From contig JAXFPC010000024.1 in assembly GCA_034180005.1 (NCBI GenBank), forward strand, positions 6,246 to 38,245: 32,000 bases of DNA. Reading direction: 5' to 3'. The translations under genes were made by a program, and so were the position numbers. Every line of letters starts with the position of its first letter. Within the stretch, counting starts at the first letter, position 1. Source of the DNA: Acidaminococcaceae bacterium (GTDB taxonomy: Bacteria; Bacillota; Negativicutes; Acidaminococcales; Acidaminococcaceae). The notes under the pieces were generated by a model that saw nothing but the letters and a program-made list of their open reading frames with translations, did no database searches and was not told where the DNA came from. Of the stretch, positions 1-9,068 are shown in pieces.

Positions 1-394
1 ATCCGTTCAAAGCCAAAGCTGCTCCCAACCACTCCCAGTTGTCCATATGACAAGCCAAAAGGATAACACCTTTCCCCTCATTCAAAGTTTCCCACAAAAT
101 ATCCTCGTTGTCGAAAGAAACGAGTCCTCTGATATTATCCTTATTCAGTGCCGGCATGTAGAGAATTTCCATAAAGGTTATGCCCAAATTGATAAACAGT
201 CTTTTTATTGTCACCTCGGCTTGAACATCATCATAACCCAAACATTCTGAAATTGTCCGTTCGGCTCTCAGGCGCTGCTTTTTTGCAACAACGTGATATA
301 TGCGTCCTACGACTTTACCCGACAGCACGACAAGACTGTACGGTAAAAAAGAAACGACACTGCTGACAATCTTTAGTAAATAATATATCCACAT
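1..394 (-). CDS. Lipid A late acyltransferase, LpxL/HtrB family, 5' part only (gene runs off the left window edge)
   Basis: Absent from the ORF track because no stop lies in the window. Hand translation of the minus strand from ATG 394..392 gives MWIYYLLKIVSSVVSFLPYSLVVLSGKVVGRIYHVVAKKQRLRAERTISECLGYDDVQAEVTIKRLFINLGITFMEILYMPALNKDNIRGLVSFDNEDILWETLNEGKGVILLACHMDNWEWLGAALALNG, open to position 1. The N-terminus and the HxxxxE motif (HMDNWE) parallel the paralog at 12185..13081 (HFGNWE). The ATG overlaps the kdsC stop (TAATG). Confidence 0.7.
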   Translation of the reverse strand, partial: MWIYYLLKIVSSVVSFLPYSLVVLSGKVVGRIYHVVAKKQRLRAERTISECLGYDDVQAEVTIKRLFINLGITFMEILYMPALNKDNIRGLVSFDNEDILWETLNEGKGVILLACHMDNWEWLGAALALNG

Positions 395-930
395 TACTGT
401 TTATCTCCGCATCCGCACGCTGAATATTCAGCCACAAGTCGCTGCCATTGCGACTGCGCTTTCAGTATGCTTTCAATTACTTCTCGCACGGCGCCACGTC
501 CGCCTGTCGCGACAGTCACCGTGTCCGCCGCCGCTTTTATCTCCGCTGCGGCATCCGCAGGAGCGAAGGTCGTTCCTGCGCAGGCGAAAGCCGGCAAATC
601 ATTCAGATCGTCTCCCATATAGGCGATCTCACATCTCATCAACCCCAGCTTTTCGCTCAGAGTTTTCAGCGCGACATTTTTATCTTTTACATTCTGCAAC
701 AGAATAGTTATGCCCAACTCCTCCGCTCTGCGTTTGACTATCATGCTGCTGCGACCGGTTATCAGCGCCACCTTAAGACCGCAACGCAAAGCGCAACTGA
801 TACCCATCCCGTCTTTGGCATTAAAAACTTTATATGTTTCACCTTCCGCTCCTATGCACAAACTTCCGTCCGTCAAAACTCCGTCCACATCGAGAGCCAA
901 AAGTTTTATTGCGCGCAATCCGTCTTGCAT
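394..930 (-). CDS. kdsC: 3-deoxy-D-manno-octulosonate 8-phosphate phosphatase (HAD family)
   Basis: HAD motifs LALDVDGVLTDG and MGDDLNDLP, and a size typical of KdsC. The track start at 933 is GTG. The ATG at 930 has GGGAG 7 nt upstream and overlaps the kdsD stop (TGATG). Confidence 0.85.
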   Translation of the reverse strand: MQDGLRAIKLLALDVDGVLTDGSLCIGAEGETYKVFNAKDGMGISCALRCGLKVALITGRSSMIVKRRAEELGITILLQNVKDKNVALKTLSEKLGLMRCEIAYMGDDLNDLPAFACAGTTFAPADAAAEIKAAADTVTVATGGRGAVREVIESILKAQSQWQRLVAEYSACGCGDKQ

Positions 931-1904
931 CACACCACTCCCTGCCGCACAAGATCTGTCATATGTAAAATGCCGATAACTTTGCGTTCTTTGTCAATGA
1001 CGGGAAGCACCGTTATAGGTTTAGGCTTATTGCTTTCCATGATGTGTAGCGCCTGAGCTGCAAGCTTATCTTTAGTGATTACTTTCGGCGAAGCAGTCAT
1101 CAGCTCCGTTACCGGCTTACTCAAGAAATTAACGCCGTTACTGAGCCCGCGCCTGATATCTCCGTCTGTAAGAACGCCCTGCATGATCCCGCGTGCGTCG
1201 ACAACAGAAACCGCGCCCAAACCTTTATCGGTGATTATGAACAACGCTTCCTGAACGGTAGCGCTGCTTTCGACAACAGGATTTTCCGTACCGCTGTGCA
1301 TAACATCGGCCACCGTGAGCAGCAGTTTTCGACCCAAGGAACCGCCGGGATGAAAAACCGCGAACTGGCTGGCTGTAAAATTACGTTTCTGCAACAGAGT
1401 CAACGCCAACGCATCACCATAAGCTAAAGCAGCCGTGGTGCTGCTGGTAGGAGCCAAACCTAACGGACAGGCTTCGTTGGTCACGCCGACATTCAAAACC
1501 ACATCTGCATTTTTACCCAAAGTTGAATCCGGTTTGCCAACCATGGCGATAATCTTTGCCCCAATCCTGCGCAGAGACGGCAATATATTTAGTATCTCCC
1601 CGGTTTCGCCGCTGTTGGATAAAGCAATCACAACATCCCCTGATGTCACCATACCGAGATCTCCGTGGATGCCTTCAGCCGGATGCAAATAAAAAGAAGG
1701 TGTTCCGGTGCTTGCCAAAGTTGCCGCCAACTTACGCCCCACGATGCCGGACTTGCCCATGCCGGTAATAACGGTACGACCCGGACAGTCAAGAATCATA
1801 TTCACTGCCGCGAGAAAGTGTTCGTCCACTCTGGGAATAAGATCCAAAATAGCTTCGGCTTCCATACGCAAAACATCTTGAGCGCGCTTCAGCATTGCTT
1901 CCAT
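930..1904 (-). CDS. kdsD: Arabinose-5-phosphate isomerase (SIS domain plus CBS pair), KdsD/KpsF type
   Basis: 324 aa. SIS phosphosugar-binding motif TGMGKSG, ALSNSGET, and a C-terminal CBS pair (VVDARGIMQGVLTDGDIRR ... VLPVIDKERKVIGILHMTDL). ATG at 1904 with an AAGGTGG RBS. Confidence 0.9.
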   Translation of the reverse strand: MEAMLKRAQDVLRMEAEAILDLIPRVDEHFLAAVNMILDCPGRTVITGMGKSGIVGRKLAATLASTGTPSFYLHPAEGIHGDLGMVTSGDVVIALSNSGETGEILNILPSLRRIGAKIIAMVGKPDSTLGKNADVVLNVGVTNEACPLGLAPTSSTTAALAYGDALALTLLQKRNFTASQFAVFHPGGSLGRKLLLTVADVMHSGTENPVVESSATVQEALFIITDKGLGAVSVVDARGIMQGVLTDGDIRRGLSNGVNFLSKPVTELMTASPKVITKDKLAAQALHIMESNKPKPITVLPVIDKERKVIGILHMTDLVRQGVV

Positions 1905-1928
1905 TTAACAAGAGCCACCTTTCCTGAT

Positions 1929-2747
1929 TTAACCGCGGACGATTTTATCAATAGCAATAACGTCCGTCAATAATTTCTGTAAATTATCAAGACGCACCAT
2001 GTTCGGTCCGTCCGACAGAGCTTCGGCAGGGTTATCATGAACCTCCAGGAACAAAGCATCGATACCCACTGCTGCGGCCGCTCTCGCCATATGCGGGACA
2101 TATTGACTTTGCCCGCCGCTGGAAGTGCCCTGTCCTCCGGGAATCTGAACACTGTGAGTAGCGTCCATCACTACCGGATAACCAAATTCACGCATCACAG
2201 CCAGACCGCGCATATCGGTAACAAGAGTATTATATCCGAAGCTTGCTCCTCGCTCCGTCAAAAGCAGATTTTTATTACCTGCTTCTTCAATTTTTTTAAT
2301 GACATTCTTCATATCCCACGGAGCCAAAAATTGTCCTTTTTTTACGTTCACCGTTTTGCCCGTCGCGGCAGCGGCGTGAACTAAATCAGTTTGCCGGCAT
2401 AAAAAAGCCGGAATTTGCAAAACATCCGCGACCTCGGCAACTTTCTCGCACTGCCACGGTTCGTGAACATCCGTAACAACAGGAACAGCCAAATCTTTTT
2501 TCAGCTGCGCCAAAAGTTGCAGGCCTTCAACCAGTCCGGGTCCTCTGAAAGAATTATAAGAAGATCGATTCGCTTTGTCAAAAGAAGCCTTAAAAACATA
2601 CGGCATACCCAAAGCTTCACAAATGGCTTTTGCTCTTTTGCCGATCATCAGACTGCGTTCGTATCCCTCCAAGACACACGGTCCTGCCATGAGAAGCAGC
2701 GGCTGCCCCTGCCCGACTTTGTAATCACCAATACTTACCGTCTGCAT
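1929..2747 (-). CDS. kdsA: 3-deoxy-8-phosphooctulonate (Kdo8P) synthase
   Basis: 272 aa. Contains [12 protein letters not shown], nearly identical to the motif I recall from E. coli KdsA, and [13 protein letters not shown] near the C-terminus. ATG with a GAGGTG RBS. Confidence 0.93.
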   Translation of the reverse strand: MQTVSIGDYKVGQGQPLLLMAGPCVLEGYERSLMIGKRAKAICEALGMPYVFKASFDKANRSSYNSFRGPGLVEGLQLLAQLKKDLAVPVVTDVHEPWQCEKVAEVADVLQIPAFLCRQTDLVHAAAATGKTVNVKKGQFLAPWDMKNVIKKIEEAGNKNLLLTERGASFGYNTLVTDMRGLAVMREFGYPVVMDATHSVQIPGGQGTSSGGQSQYVPHMARAAAAVGIDALFLEVHDNPAEALSDGPNMVRLDNLQKLLTDVIAIDKIVRG

Positions 2748-2760
2748 ACTTCACCTCTGC

Positions 2761-3495
2761 TTACATTTCTCCACGAGCAAACAACTCGTTCACTGCGGCA
2801 AGATCTTCCGGAGTATCTACTCCGATACCCTGAAAATCACTTTCCAAAACTTTTATCTTATAGCCGTTTTCCAAAGCCCGCAACTGTTCCAAACTTTCCG
2901 CTCTTTCCAGAGGAGTCGGAGCAAGTGCCGCATACGTCAGCAGAAAATTACGACGATAGGCATAAATTCCGACATGTTTGAAAACATTATAATCATCTTG
3001 CCGGTTCCTCGGATAAGGAAGCAGACTGCGGGAAAAATACAGAGCAAATCCGTTCAAATCTGTAACAACTTTAACCGCTGCCGGATTATCATAATCTGCT
3101 TCCGACATACGCACTTTCAGCGTTGCCATCTGCTGCTCTTCCGAGTTCTCAAAAGAACTTGCCAAGCGGTCTATAACCTCCGGAGGTATCATTGGTTCAT
3201 CGCCCTGCACATTTACAATAATGTCGGCCTCCGGATACATAAGAGCGACCTCCGCCAGGCGATCCGTTCCGCTGGGATGATCCGGCGAAGTCATAACTGC
3301 TTTGCCTCCGAAAGCTTCCACAGCCTGCAAGACCTCTTCGCTGTCGGTGGCAACAATAACTTCATCGGGAAGCTGCGCCAAAGAAGCTCTCTCATAAACA
3401 TGTTGAATCATAGGTTTGCCTGCAATCATAGACAAAGGCTTTCCCGGAAGTCTGGTAGAAGCATAACGCGCCGGTATAACGCACAAAACTTTCAT
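2761..3495 (-). CDS. kdsB: 3-deoxy-manno-octulosonate cytidylyltransferase (CMP-Kdo synthetase)
   Basis: 244 aa. N-terminal VIPARYASTRLPGKPL matches the KdsB signature, and NVQGDEP is present. The ATG overlaps the stop of the upstream waaA-lpxK ORF (TAATG). Confidence 0.93.
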   Translation of the reverse strand: MKVLCVIPARYASTRLPGKPLSMIAGKPMIQHVYERASLAQLPDEVIVATDSEEVLQAVEAFGGKAVMTSPDHPSGTDRLAEVALMYPEADIIVNVQGDEPMIPPEVIDRLASSFENSEEQQMATLKVRMSEADYDNPAAVKVVTDLNGFALYFSRSLLPYPRNRQDDYNVFKHVGIYAYRRNFLLTYAALAPTPLERAESLEQLRALENGYKIKVLESDFQGIGVDTPEDLAAVNELFARGEM

Positions 3496-6020
3496 TATCT
3501 AACCAACTCCTTCTTAATTGCATTCTCCACATATTCCAAGAACTTATCCCTGCCCTCGGTAATACATATATCCATATTCAGTATATACAAAGGTATCTCT
3601 CTTTCAGAATAAATAAACTCCGTAGGTATCTTAACTGCATCTTTGGCTGTGGCTATCATGGCTACAGCTTTAAGACTGCTCGCTCTCTCGTTAATATACT
3701 GCATCTCCAGCATTCCGTAGTCATGATGATCGGGATAGCGGACAGCTTCCAAAATATTAAGTCCTATACTGATCAAAGTCTGCTCAAAAGACGACGGATT
3801 GCCGATGGCTGAAAACACCATAACATCTTTGCCTTTCAGGTCCTCCAGCTCCTTAACACTTACGTTGATGCCTTTATACCAATCGGCTATCTCTACAAAA
3901 TTTTTAGGATGATGTACACTTTCAACTACCGGAGCGTTGCCGTTATAGTGTTCAATAGTATTGCGCAACTGCAGTCTGCTGATTTTGCTGCTCTGATCCG
4001 TTTTAGTCAACAAAAACAAGTCTCCCCTATCAAGATTTTTCAACGGTTCCCGCAAAGTTCCGCGCGGCAATACACAACCGTTGCCGAACATGTTCAGCGT
4101 ATCCACCAACACTACGTCCAAATCACGTTCCAGTTGCCAATGCTGATAACCGTCGTCCATGATTATCACTTCCGCTCCAAGCTTTTCTACAGCGTAGCGC
4201 CCGGTCACGGCACGATTTTTACCTATAACAACAGGTACGCCCGGCAAAGTTTTCGCCATCAAGTATGCTTCATCACCTGCCTCATAGGCTGTCATAAAAA
4301 TCTTTTCCCCGTTGGATACAACTCCTATATCCTTACCCCAGTGAGAACGATAGCCGCGGTTGAGAATAACAACTCTATACCCCATGTTTTTGATGATAAC
4401 AGCCATTTTTTGCGCCGTAGGCGTTTTACCTGTGCCGCCTACGGTTATATTGCCGATAGATATAACGCAGCAAGGCAATTTTTCCCTGCTTTTAAGTCCG
4501 GATCGATACAAACCGAGTTTGCAGCATACTCCGAATTCGTACAGATAAGAAATTCCCCGCAATAAACACAGAAGAAGCCATCCAAAAAAAGGCGTTTCAG
4601 GTCCGTAGGCAATCTGATAAACGTATTGTATAATTGCATCTCCGTGACGCAGACGCGCGCCGCCTTCATCTCTCAAATTGCGCGTATTGACAGGATACTC
4701 CGAAAATTCCCTCGCCGGAACGGCGGTAAATTCCAACAACTCTTTCAAATAATTTATACTTTTAACATCAGCTCCGCGGTTTTCTTTGATGACCTGAATC
4801 GAAGCTTGCCCCATTTTGTTACGCAGAGCATCATCGGCAGCAATGTCAAGCATTACCTTAGTAAGTTCCGGCCCATTATGAACCATCTTACAGCCGCCGG
4901 CTTTGCTGAGCAATGCATACGAATCTTTAAAATTCTGCATACTCGGGCCAACGAGAATCGGTTTGGCGTGAGCCGCCGGCTCCAAAACATTATGGCCGCC
5001 GGTGCCGCTGAATGATCCGCCGACATAGACAATATCGCCCACGGCATAAATGCGTCCCAACTCACCTATGGTGTCAAGGACTATAACAGGATACCTGCGT
5101 CCATCGGTCGCTTCCAACATCTGCGAACGATAACCCGTTTTGTAACCGAAAGTAGCTGCAAGCTTGGCAATTTCCGCGGCTCTCGCCGTTTTACGCGGAG
5201 CAATCACTAAAGCTGCATCTTTATGTGCCCTTTTGATTTCCCTAAATGATTCGATCAACAGTTTTTCTTCTCCGGGATGAGTCGAGCCGGCAATAATTAC
5301 CGGATAGCAGCCTTCTATGCCCAACTCTCGCCGATATTTCTCCAGATCTTCTTCAGTAACTTCCGCATATGTTTGATCGAATTTTGTATTACCCGTAACA
5401 AAAACTTTGCTGCGCTCAGCACCCAAATGAGTTATGTAATCGGCATCTATGCTGGACTGCATGCAAAAACGCGTTACCGTGTTCAGCATGTCATCCCAAA
5501 TTCCGTAGAGATACCGATAAGTTTTGACAGATTTTTCTGAGATGCGTCCGTTAACCATCATTACAGGAATATGACGCTCTCTGATCGCGCTGAGAAAATT
5601 TGGCCACAGCTCCGTTTCCACCGGCATAAACACTCCCGGGTGGATGCGCTGCACTAAAGATCCCGCTACAAACGGAAGATCCAACGGAAAATAAATAATA
5701 GCGTCAGCTTCCGGAATTATTTGTTTTGCCATATTGTATCCGCCCACTGTAAATGCGGAAACAAGAATAGGCCTGTCCGGCAATTCTTTCCGTATCTGCC
5801 TTACCAATGGGCTGGTAGCGACAATCTCACCCACAGAAGCTCCGTGAATCCAAATGCAATTCTTACGCATAACCTTCGCTATCTCTTCATCATCTACACA
5901 GCCTAGACTCTGCTTAAAACGCAGCTTAAACCCCTGTTCCGTAAACAGACGGTAGGTATAGTATGGTATGACGAACAGCACCAAAGCTATCAACAACAGA
6001 ATATTATAAAGTAAATACAT
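3495..6020 (-). CDS. waaA/lpxK: Fusion protein: N-terminal Kdo transferase (WaaA/KdtA) plus C-terminal tetraacyldisaccharide 4'-kinase (LpxK)
   Basis: One uninterrupted 841-842 aa ORF. N-terminal half: membrane anchor, WIHGASVGE and GGSFSGTGGHNVLEPAAH (WaaA-like). C-terminal half: hydrophobic helix FFGWLLLCLLRGISYLY, then the LpxK P-loop IGNITVGGTGKTP (GGTGKTP encoded at 4419..4439) and MDDGYQH. The track start at 6023 is TTG. The ATG at 6020 has GAGAGG 7 nt upstream. Confidence 0.85.
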   Translation of the reverse strand: MYLLYNILLLIALVLFVIPYYTYRLFTEQGFKLRFKQSLGCVDDEEIAKVMRKNCIWIHGASVGEIVATSPLVRQIRKELPDRPILVSAFTVGGYNMAKQIIPEADAIIYFPLDLPFVAGSLVQRIHPGVFMPVETELWPNFLSAIRERHIPVMMVNGRISEKSVKTYRYLYGIWDDMLNTVTRFCMQSSIDADYITHLGAERSKVFVTGNTKFDQTYAEVTEEDLEKYRRELGIEGCYPVIIAGSTHPGEEKLLIESFREIKRAHKDAALVIAPRKTARAAEIAKLAATFGYKTGYRSQMLEATDGRRYPVIVLDTIGELGRIYAVGDIVYVGGSFSGTGGHNVLEPAAHAKPILVGPSMQNFKDSYALLSKAGGCKMVHNGPELTKVMLDIAADDALRNKMGQASIQVIKENRGADVKSINYLKELLEFTAVPAREFSEYPVNTRNLRDEGGARLRHGDAIIQYVYQIAYGPETPFFGWLLLCLLRGISYLYEFGVCCKLGLYRSGLKSREKLPCCVISIGNITVGGTGKTPTAQKMAVIIKNMGYRVVILNRGYRSHWGKDIGVVSNGEKIFMTAYEAGDEAYLMAKTLPGVPVVIGKNRAVTGRYAVEKLGAEVIIMDDGYQHWQLERDLDVVLVDTLNMFGNGCVLPRGTLREPLKNLDRGDLFLLTKTDQSSKISRLQLRNTIEHYNGNAPVVESVHHPKNFVEIADWYKGINVSVKELEDLKGKDVMVFSAIGNPSSFEQTLISIGLNILEAVRYPDHHDYGMLEMQYINERASSLKAVAMIATAKDAVKIPTEFIYSEREIPLYILNMDICITEGRDKFLEYVENAIKKELVR

Positions 6021-6032
6021 CAACTGACCTCT

Positions 6033-7775
6033 CTATTCCTCCCGGCAAGTTTCCTTTTCCCTGTATTGTATCTTGTAAAGATACGCGTACAATCCTTCCT
6101 TCGCCAGAAGCTCTTCATGAGTACCTTCTTCTGCAATACGACCTTTGTCGAGTACTATAATCTTATCCGCCTTGCTTATAGTTGAAAGGCGGTGAGCAAT
6201 AACAAAAGACGTTCTGCCTATCATCAAACGTTCAAGAGCTTCCTGCACGATGCGTTCACTTTCGGTATCCAACGCTGAAGTAGCTTCGTCCAGAATCAAA
6301 ATCTGCGGATTCTTCAATATAGCTCTCGCTATTGCAATTCTCTGACGCTGACCGCCGGAAATATTAACACCGCGATCGCCTAACATAGTATCATATCCGT
6401 GTGGCAATTCCGTAATAAATTGATGAGCGTTTGCCGCTTTGGCGGCAGCCTCAACTTCCTCGCGCCCGGCATCAAGTCTGCCGTACAGAATATTGTCATA
6501 CACAGTACCGTTAAAAAGCAATGTTTCCTGAGGAACGATACCTACCTGTTCACGCAAAGAAGCTTTCGTCACTTTACGTATATCGTAACCGTCAATGCTT
6601 ATACTGCCTCCGCTCACATCATAAAAACGCGGCAGCAGATTGGCCACAGTCGATTTGCCTGCGCCGGACGGACCGACAAAAGCTACCACCTGTCCCGGCT
6701 CCACAGAAAAACTTACACCACTGATAACATTTTCATCTTTATTGTATGCAAAAGAAACATCATCAAAACGAACATAGCCCTTCACCGGCGGAAGTACCCG
6801 CGCGTCAGGAGCATCCTTGAGCGTTTCCGGCAAGTCGATGACGTTAAACACGCGTTGCGCTGCCGCCAAAGCTTTTTGAATATTGCCGATAACTCTGCTC
6901 AATCGCTTTATGGGATTGGAAATATTAACGGCGTAAGTTAAGAAAGCGACCAAAGATCCTGCCGTTATCTCACCCTTTATAACACTATTGCCGCCATACC
7001 AGATAATCATAGTAACGCCTATTGCCGCAACCAACTCTATGGTCGGCGTAAGTGTCGCCATCAGCTGTGCGTTCTTCATATTGGCGCTGAACTGATTATA
7101 ATTTTCTTTGTCGAAGCGTTCTATTTCGTAACTTTCTCTCACAAAGGACTTGATAACTCTGGCTGAAGTTACGGTTTCCTGCAGCACGGAAGTAATATCC
7201 GCGGTAGCCTCCTGAATCCTGCTGCCGGATCTGCGGATGCGTTTACCGAACATATCTATAAACGCCAAAACGAAGGGGAAAGTGCAAAAGGTAAACAGAA
7301 ACAATTTCCAATCCAGATAAATCATAACGACAACGGAAGCCACCAATATAAAACTTTCAGTTATAAGTTCCACTATATTTTCTACCAACGCTGACTGCAA
7401 AGCGCTGACATCGTTGGTAACATAGCTCATGATGACACCTGTTTTATTTTTGTCGTAGAAAGACATTCCCAAGCGCTGTAATTTTTCGAAAACATCTCTG
7501 CGAATATCAATAATCACCCGCTGCCCCACATAGCTCATCAGATAGCTCTGTCCATAGTAAAAAATTCCTCTTACTACGAACACTACGATGATACTGGCAG
7601 CAATATAATTGAGCATCTCCGTATTTTTTTCAGCAAGTACCTGATCTACCATATCTTTAATAATCCACGGCAAATAAGCGGTACCGCCTGCAGCGACAAC
7701 CGTACAGATGCCTGCGCATAATGCTCTCATGGCATACGGTCTGACATATTGCAAAGCTCTTAAATATAAATTCAT
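6033..7775 (-). CDS. msbA: ABC transporter, fused permease/ATPase, MsbA-like lipid A flippase
   Basis: 580 aa. Six-TM N-terminal domain. Walker A GPSGAGKST, ABC signature ISGGQRQR, Walker B ILILDEATSALD. Located between lpxB and waaA. The ATG overlaps the lpxB stop (ATGA). Confidence 0.85.
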   Translation of the reverse strand: MNLYLRALQYVRPYAMRALCAGICTVVAAGGTAYLPWIIKDMVDQVLAEKNTEMLNYIAASIIVVFVVRGIFYYGQSYLMSYVGQRVIIDIRRDVFEKLQRLGMSFYDKNKTGVIMSYVTNDVSALQSALVENIVELITESFILVASVVVMIYLDWKLFLFTFCTFPFVLAFIDMFGKRIRRSGSRIQEATADITSVLQETVTSARVIKSFVRESYEIERFDKENYNQFSANMKNAQLMATLTPTIELVAAIGVTMIIWYGGNSVIKGEITAGSLVAFLTYAVNISNPIKRLSRVIGNIQKALAAAQRVFNVIDLPETLKDAPDARVLPPVKGYVRFDDVSFAYNKDENVISGVSFSVEPGQVVAFVGPSGAGKSTVANLLPRFYDVSGGSISIDGYDIRKVTKASLREQVGIVPQETLLFNGTVYDNILYGRLDAGREEVEAAAKAANAHQFITELPHGYDTMLGDRGVNISGGQRQRIAIARAILKNPQILILDEATSALDTESERIVQEALERLMIGRTSFVIAHRLSTISKADKIIVLDKGRIAEEGTHEELLAKEGLYAYLYKIQYREKETCREE

Positions 7776-8911
7776 CTTTTCTCCTTGGCTGCCCTAAGCA
7801 CCAACTCGGCTACCCTGTTGACAGCTCCCGGTTCTCCCAGCATTTCTTTTACCTTATGCAGATCCTCCTGCAGCCGACCGTGCCGCTGTGTTTCTAAAAG
7901 TTCCATAGCAGCGGCAGCTACATTTTCCGGCGTAAAATCCTCCTGCAGCAGTTCGGGCATTATTTTTCTGCCGGCAACTATATTGGGCAAACCTATATTG
8001 GGGATATTCAGTACTCTTCTGGCAATAAAAGCGCTTACAGGAGATACTCTGTAAACGATGACACTGCCCAAGCCGCAAAGCGCCGCTTCCAGGGTAACTG
8101 TTCCGCTGGTGGCGAGAGCCAAATCGGCCGCTCTGAAAAGATCATAATTTCTATTCCCCTCGACAATCCGCACGTCTACCTCTGCGTCCTGTATTTTTTT
8201 CTGCAACATCTCCGCAGGTATGGTGGCGGCACGCGGCAAAATAAATTCGACACCGGGCAACTTCTTTTGCAAAAGTTCGGCTGAACGAAGCAACACAGGC
8301 AGCATCTTTTCTATTTCCATCACTCTGCTGCCTGGCAGAAGCACTATCAGTTTACCATCAGCTTTTTTCCCCAACCAGAGTTCTGCTTCCTCTTTCGTCA
8401 AAGAAGGCTTAACTATGTCCAGTAAAGGGTGTCCTACAAAAACCGCTTTAGCCCCGGCTTCTTTGTAAACATCATACTCGAAAGGAAAAATACACGCCAC
8501 ATAGTCGACTATGTGCGCCACGCTTTTAGCTCTTCCCTTGTGCCACGCCCAAGCTGAAGGTGCAATGTATGAAATGACAGGAATACCGTTTTCATGTGCA
8601 AGCTTGGCAAGCTTCATGTTGAATCCCGGATAATCGACGACCAAAAGACAGTCAGGTTTTCTCTCTTTAATCACGGCGGCAAAATCTCTGCGCAGTTTAA
8701 AAAGAGCCGGAAGTCTTTTGAGAACTTCGACAAATCCCATAACGCCATGTTCTTTTATATCAAAGATAACTTCACCGCCGGCACCGCGCAACGCATCGCC
8801 GCCCATGCCGAAAACCTCGGCTGTCGGATCAGCTTTTTTTATGGCCGCAGTCACCGCAGCTGCGTGAAGATCTCCGGATGCTTCTCCGGCTGAAATTAAA
8901 ATTCTGGTCAT
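7772..8911 (-). CDS. lpxB: Lipid-A-disaccharide synthase
   Basis: Starts MTRILISAGEASGDLH, the typical LpxB N-terminus, with the usual GT-B length. The track start at 8971 is TTG with no RBS. The ATG at 8911 is in frame (60 nt downstream) and preceded by AGGGAAAG. Confidence 0.9.
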   Translation of the reverse strand: MTRILISAGEASGDLHAAAVTAAIKKADPTAEVFGMGGDALRGAGGEVIFDIKEHGVMGFVEVLKRLPALFKLRRDFAAVIKERKPDCLLVVDYPGFNMKLAKLAHENGIPVISYIAPSAWAWHKGRAKSVAHIVDYVACIFPFEYDVYKEAGAKAVFVGHPLLDIVKPSLTKEEAELWLGKKADGKLIVLLPGSRVMEIEKMLPVLLRSAELLQKKLPGVEFILPRAATIPAEMLQKKIQDAEVDVRIVEGNRNYDLFRAADLALATSGTVTLEAALCGLGSVIVYRVSPVSAFIARRVLNIPNIGLPNIVAGRKIMPELLQEDFTPENVAAAAMELLETQRHGRLQEDLHKVKEMLGEPGAVNRVAELVLRAAKEKR

Positions 8912-9011
8912 AATCTTTCCCTGCGCATATGCTCTTGCCAAAACAAGCACACTGATAAATATTGAAAACAAAAATTTGGAAACACAACCCCAATTTAAAA
9001 TACTCGGTTAT

Positions 9012-9040
9012 ATTATAGCACACAAAAAAGCAGCTGACAA
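9012..9040 (-). promoter_or_regulatory. Predicted sigma-A-type promoter for the lpxB unit (-35 TTGTCA, 17-bp spacer, extended -10 TGCTATAAT)
   Basis: Minus strand reads TTGTCA (9040..9035), a 17-nt spacer, then TATAAT (9017..9012) preceded by TGC. It would give a leader of roughly 95 nt before the lpxB ATG. Pattern match only. Confidence 0.55.
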
Positions 9041-9056
9041 AAAGCATCAGCCGCTT
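9022..9056 (-). terminator. Rho-independent terminator downstream of lpxI
   Basis: Minus strand reads AAGCGGCTGA-TGCTTTTTG-TCAGCTGCTT followed by TTTTGTG. This is a 10-bp stem with one G.U pair, a 9-nt loop and a U-run. It starts 13 nt after the lpxI stop and overlaps the promoter above. Confidence 0.6.
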
Positions 9057-9068
9057 ATCACAAATATT

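Noticed and set aside
47-250. 67-aa plus-strand ORF at the left edge
   Set aside because: It lies antisense to the clearly homologous LpxL-family reading frame (1..394, minus strand). It has no RBS and no recognisable motif.
8912-8971. Hydrophobic N-terminal extension on LpxB (MFSIFISVLVLARAYAQGKI) that looks like a signal peptide, and similar track extensions on lpxI (9914), tamB (24970), tolC (26457), mlaF (28602), mlaE (29371) and the bamA-adjacent gene (17467)
   Set aside because: These extended starts are TTG or GTG codons without a Shine-Dalgarno sequence. Some contain the RBS of the downstream ATG. The in-frame ATG starts give N-termini matching the families. LpxB is cytoplasmic or peripheral and should not carry a signal peptide.
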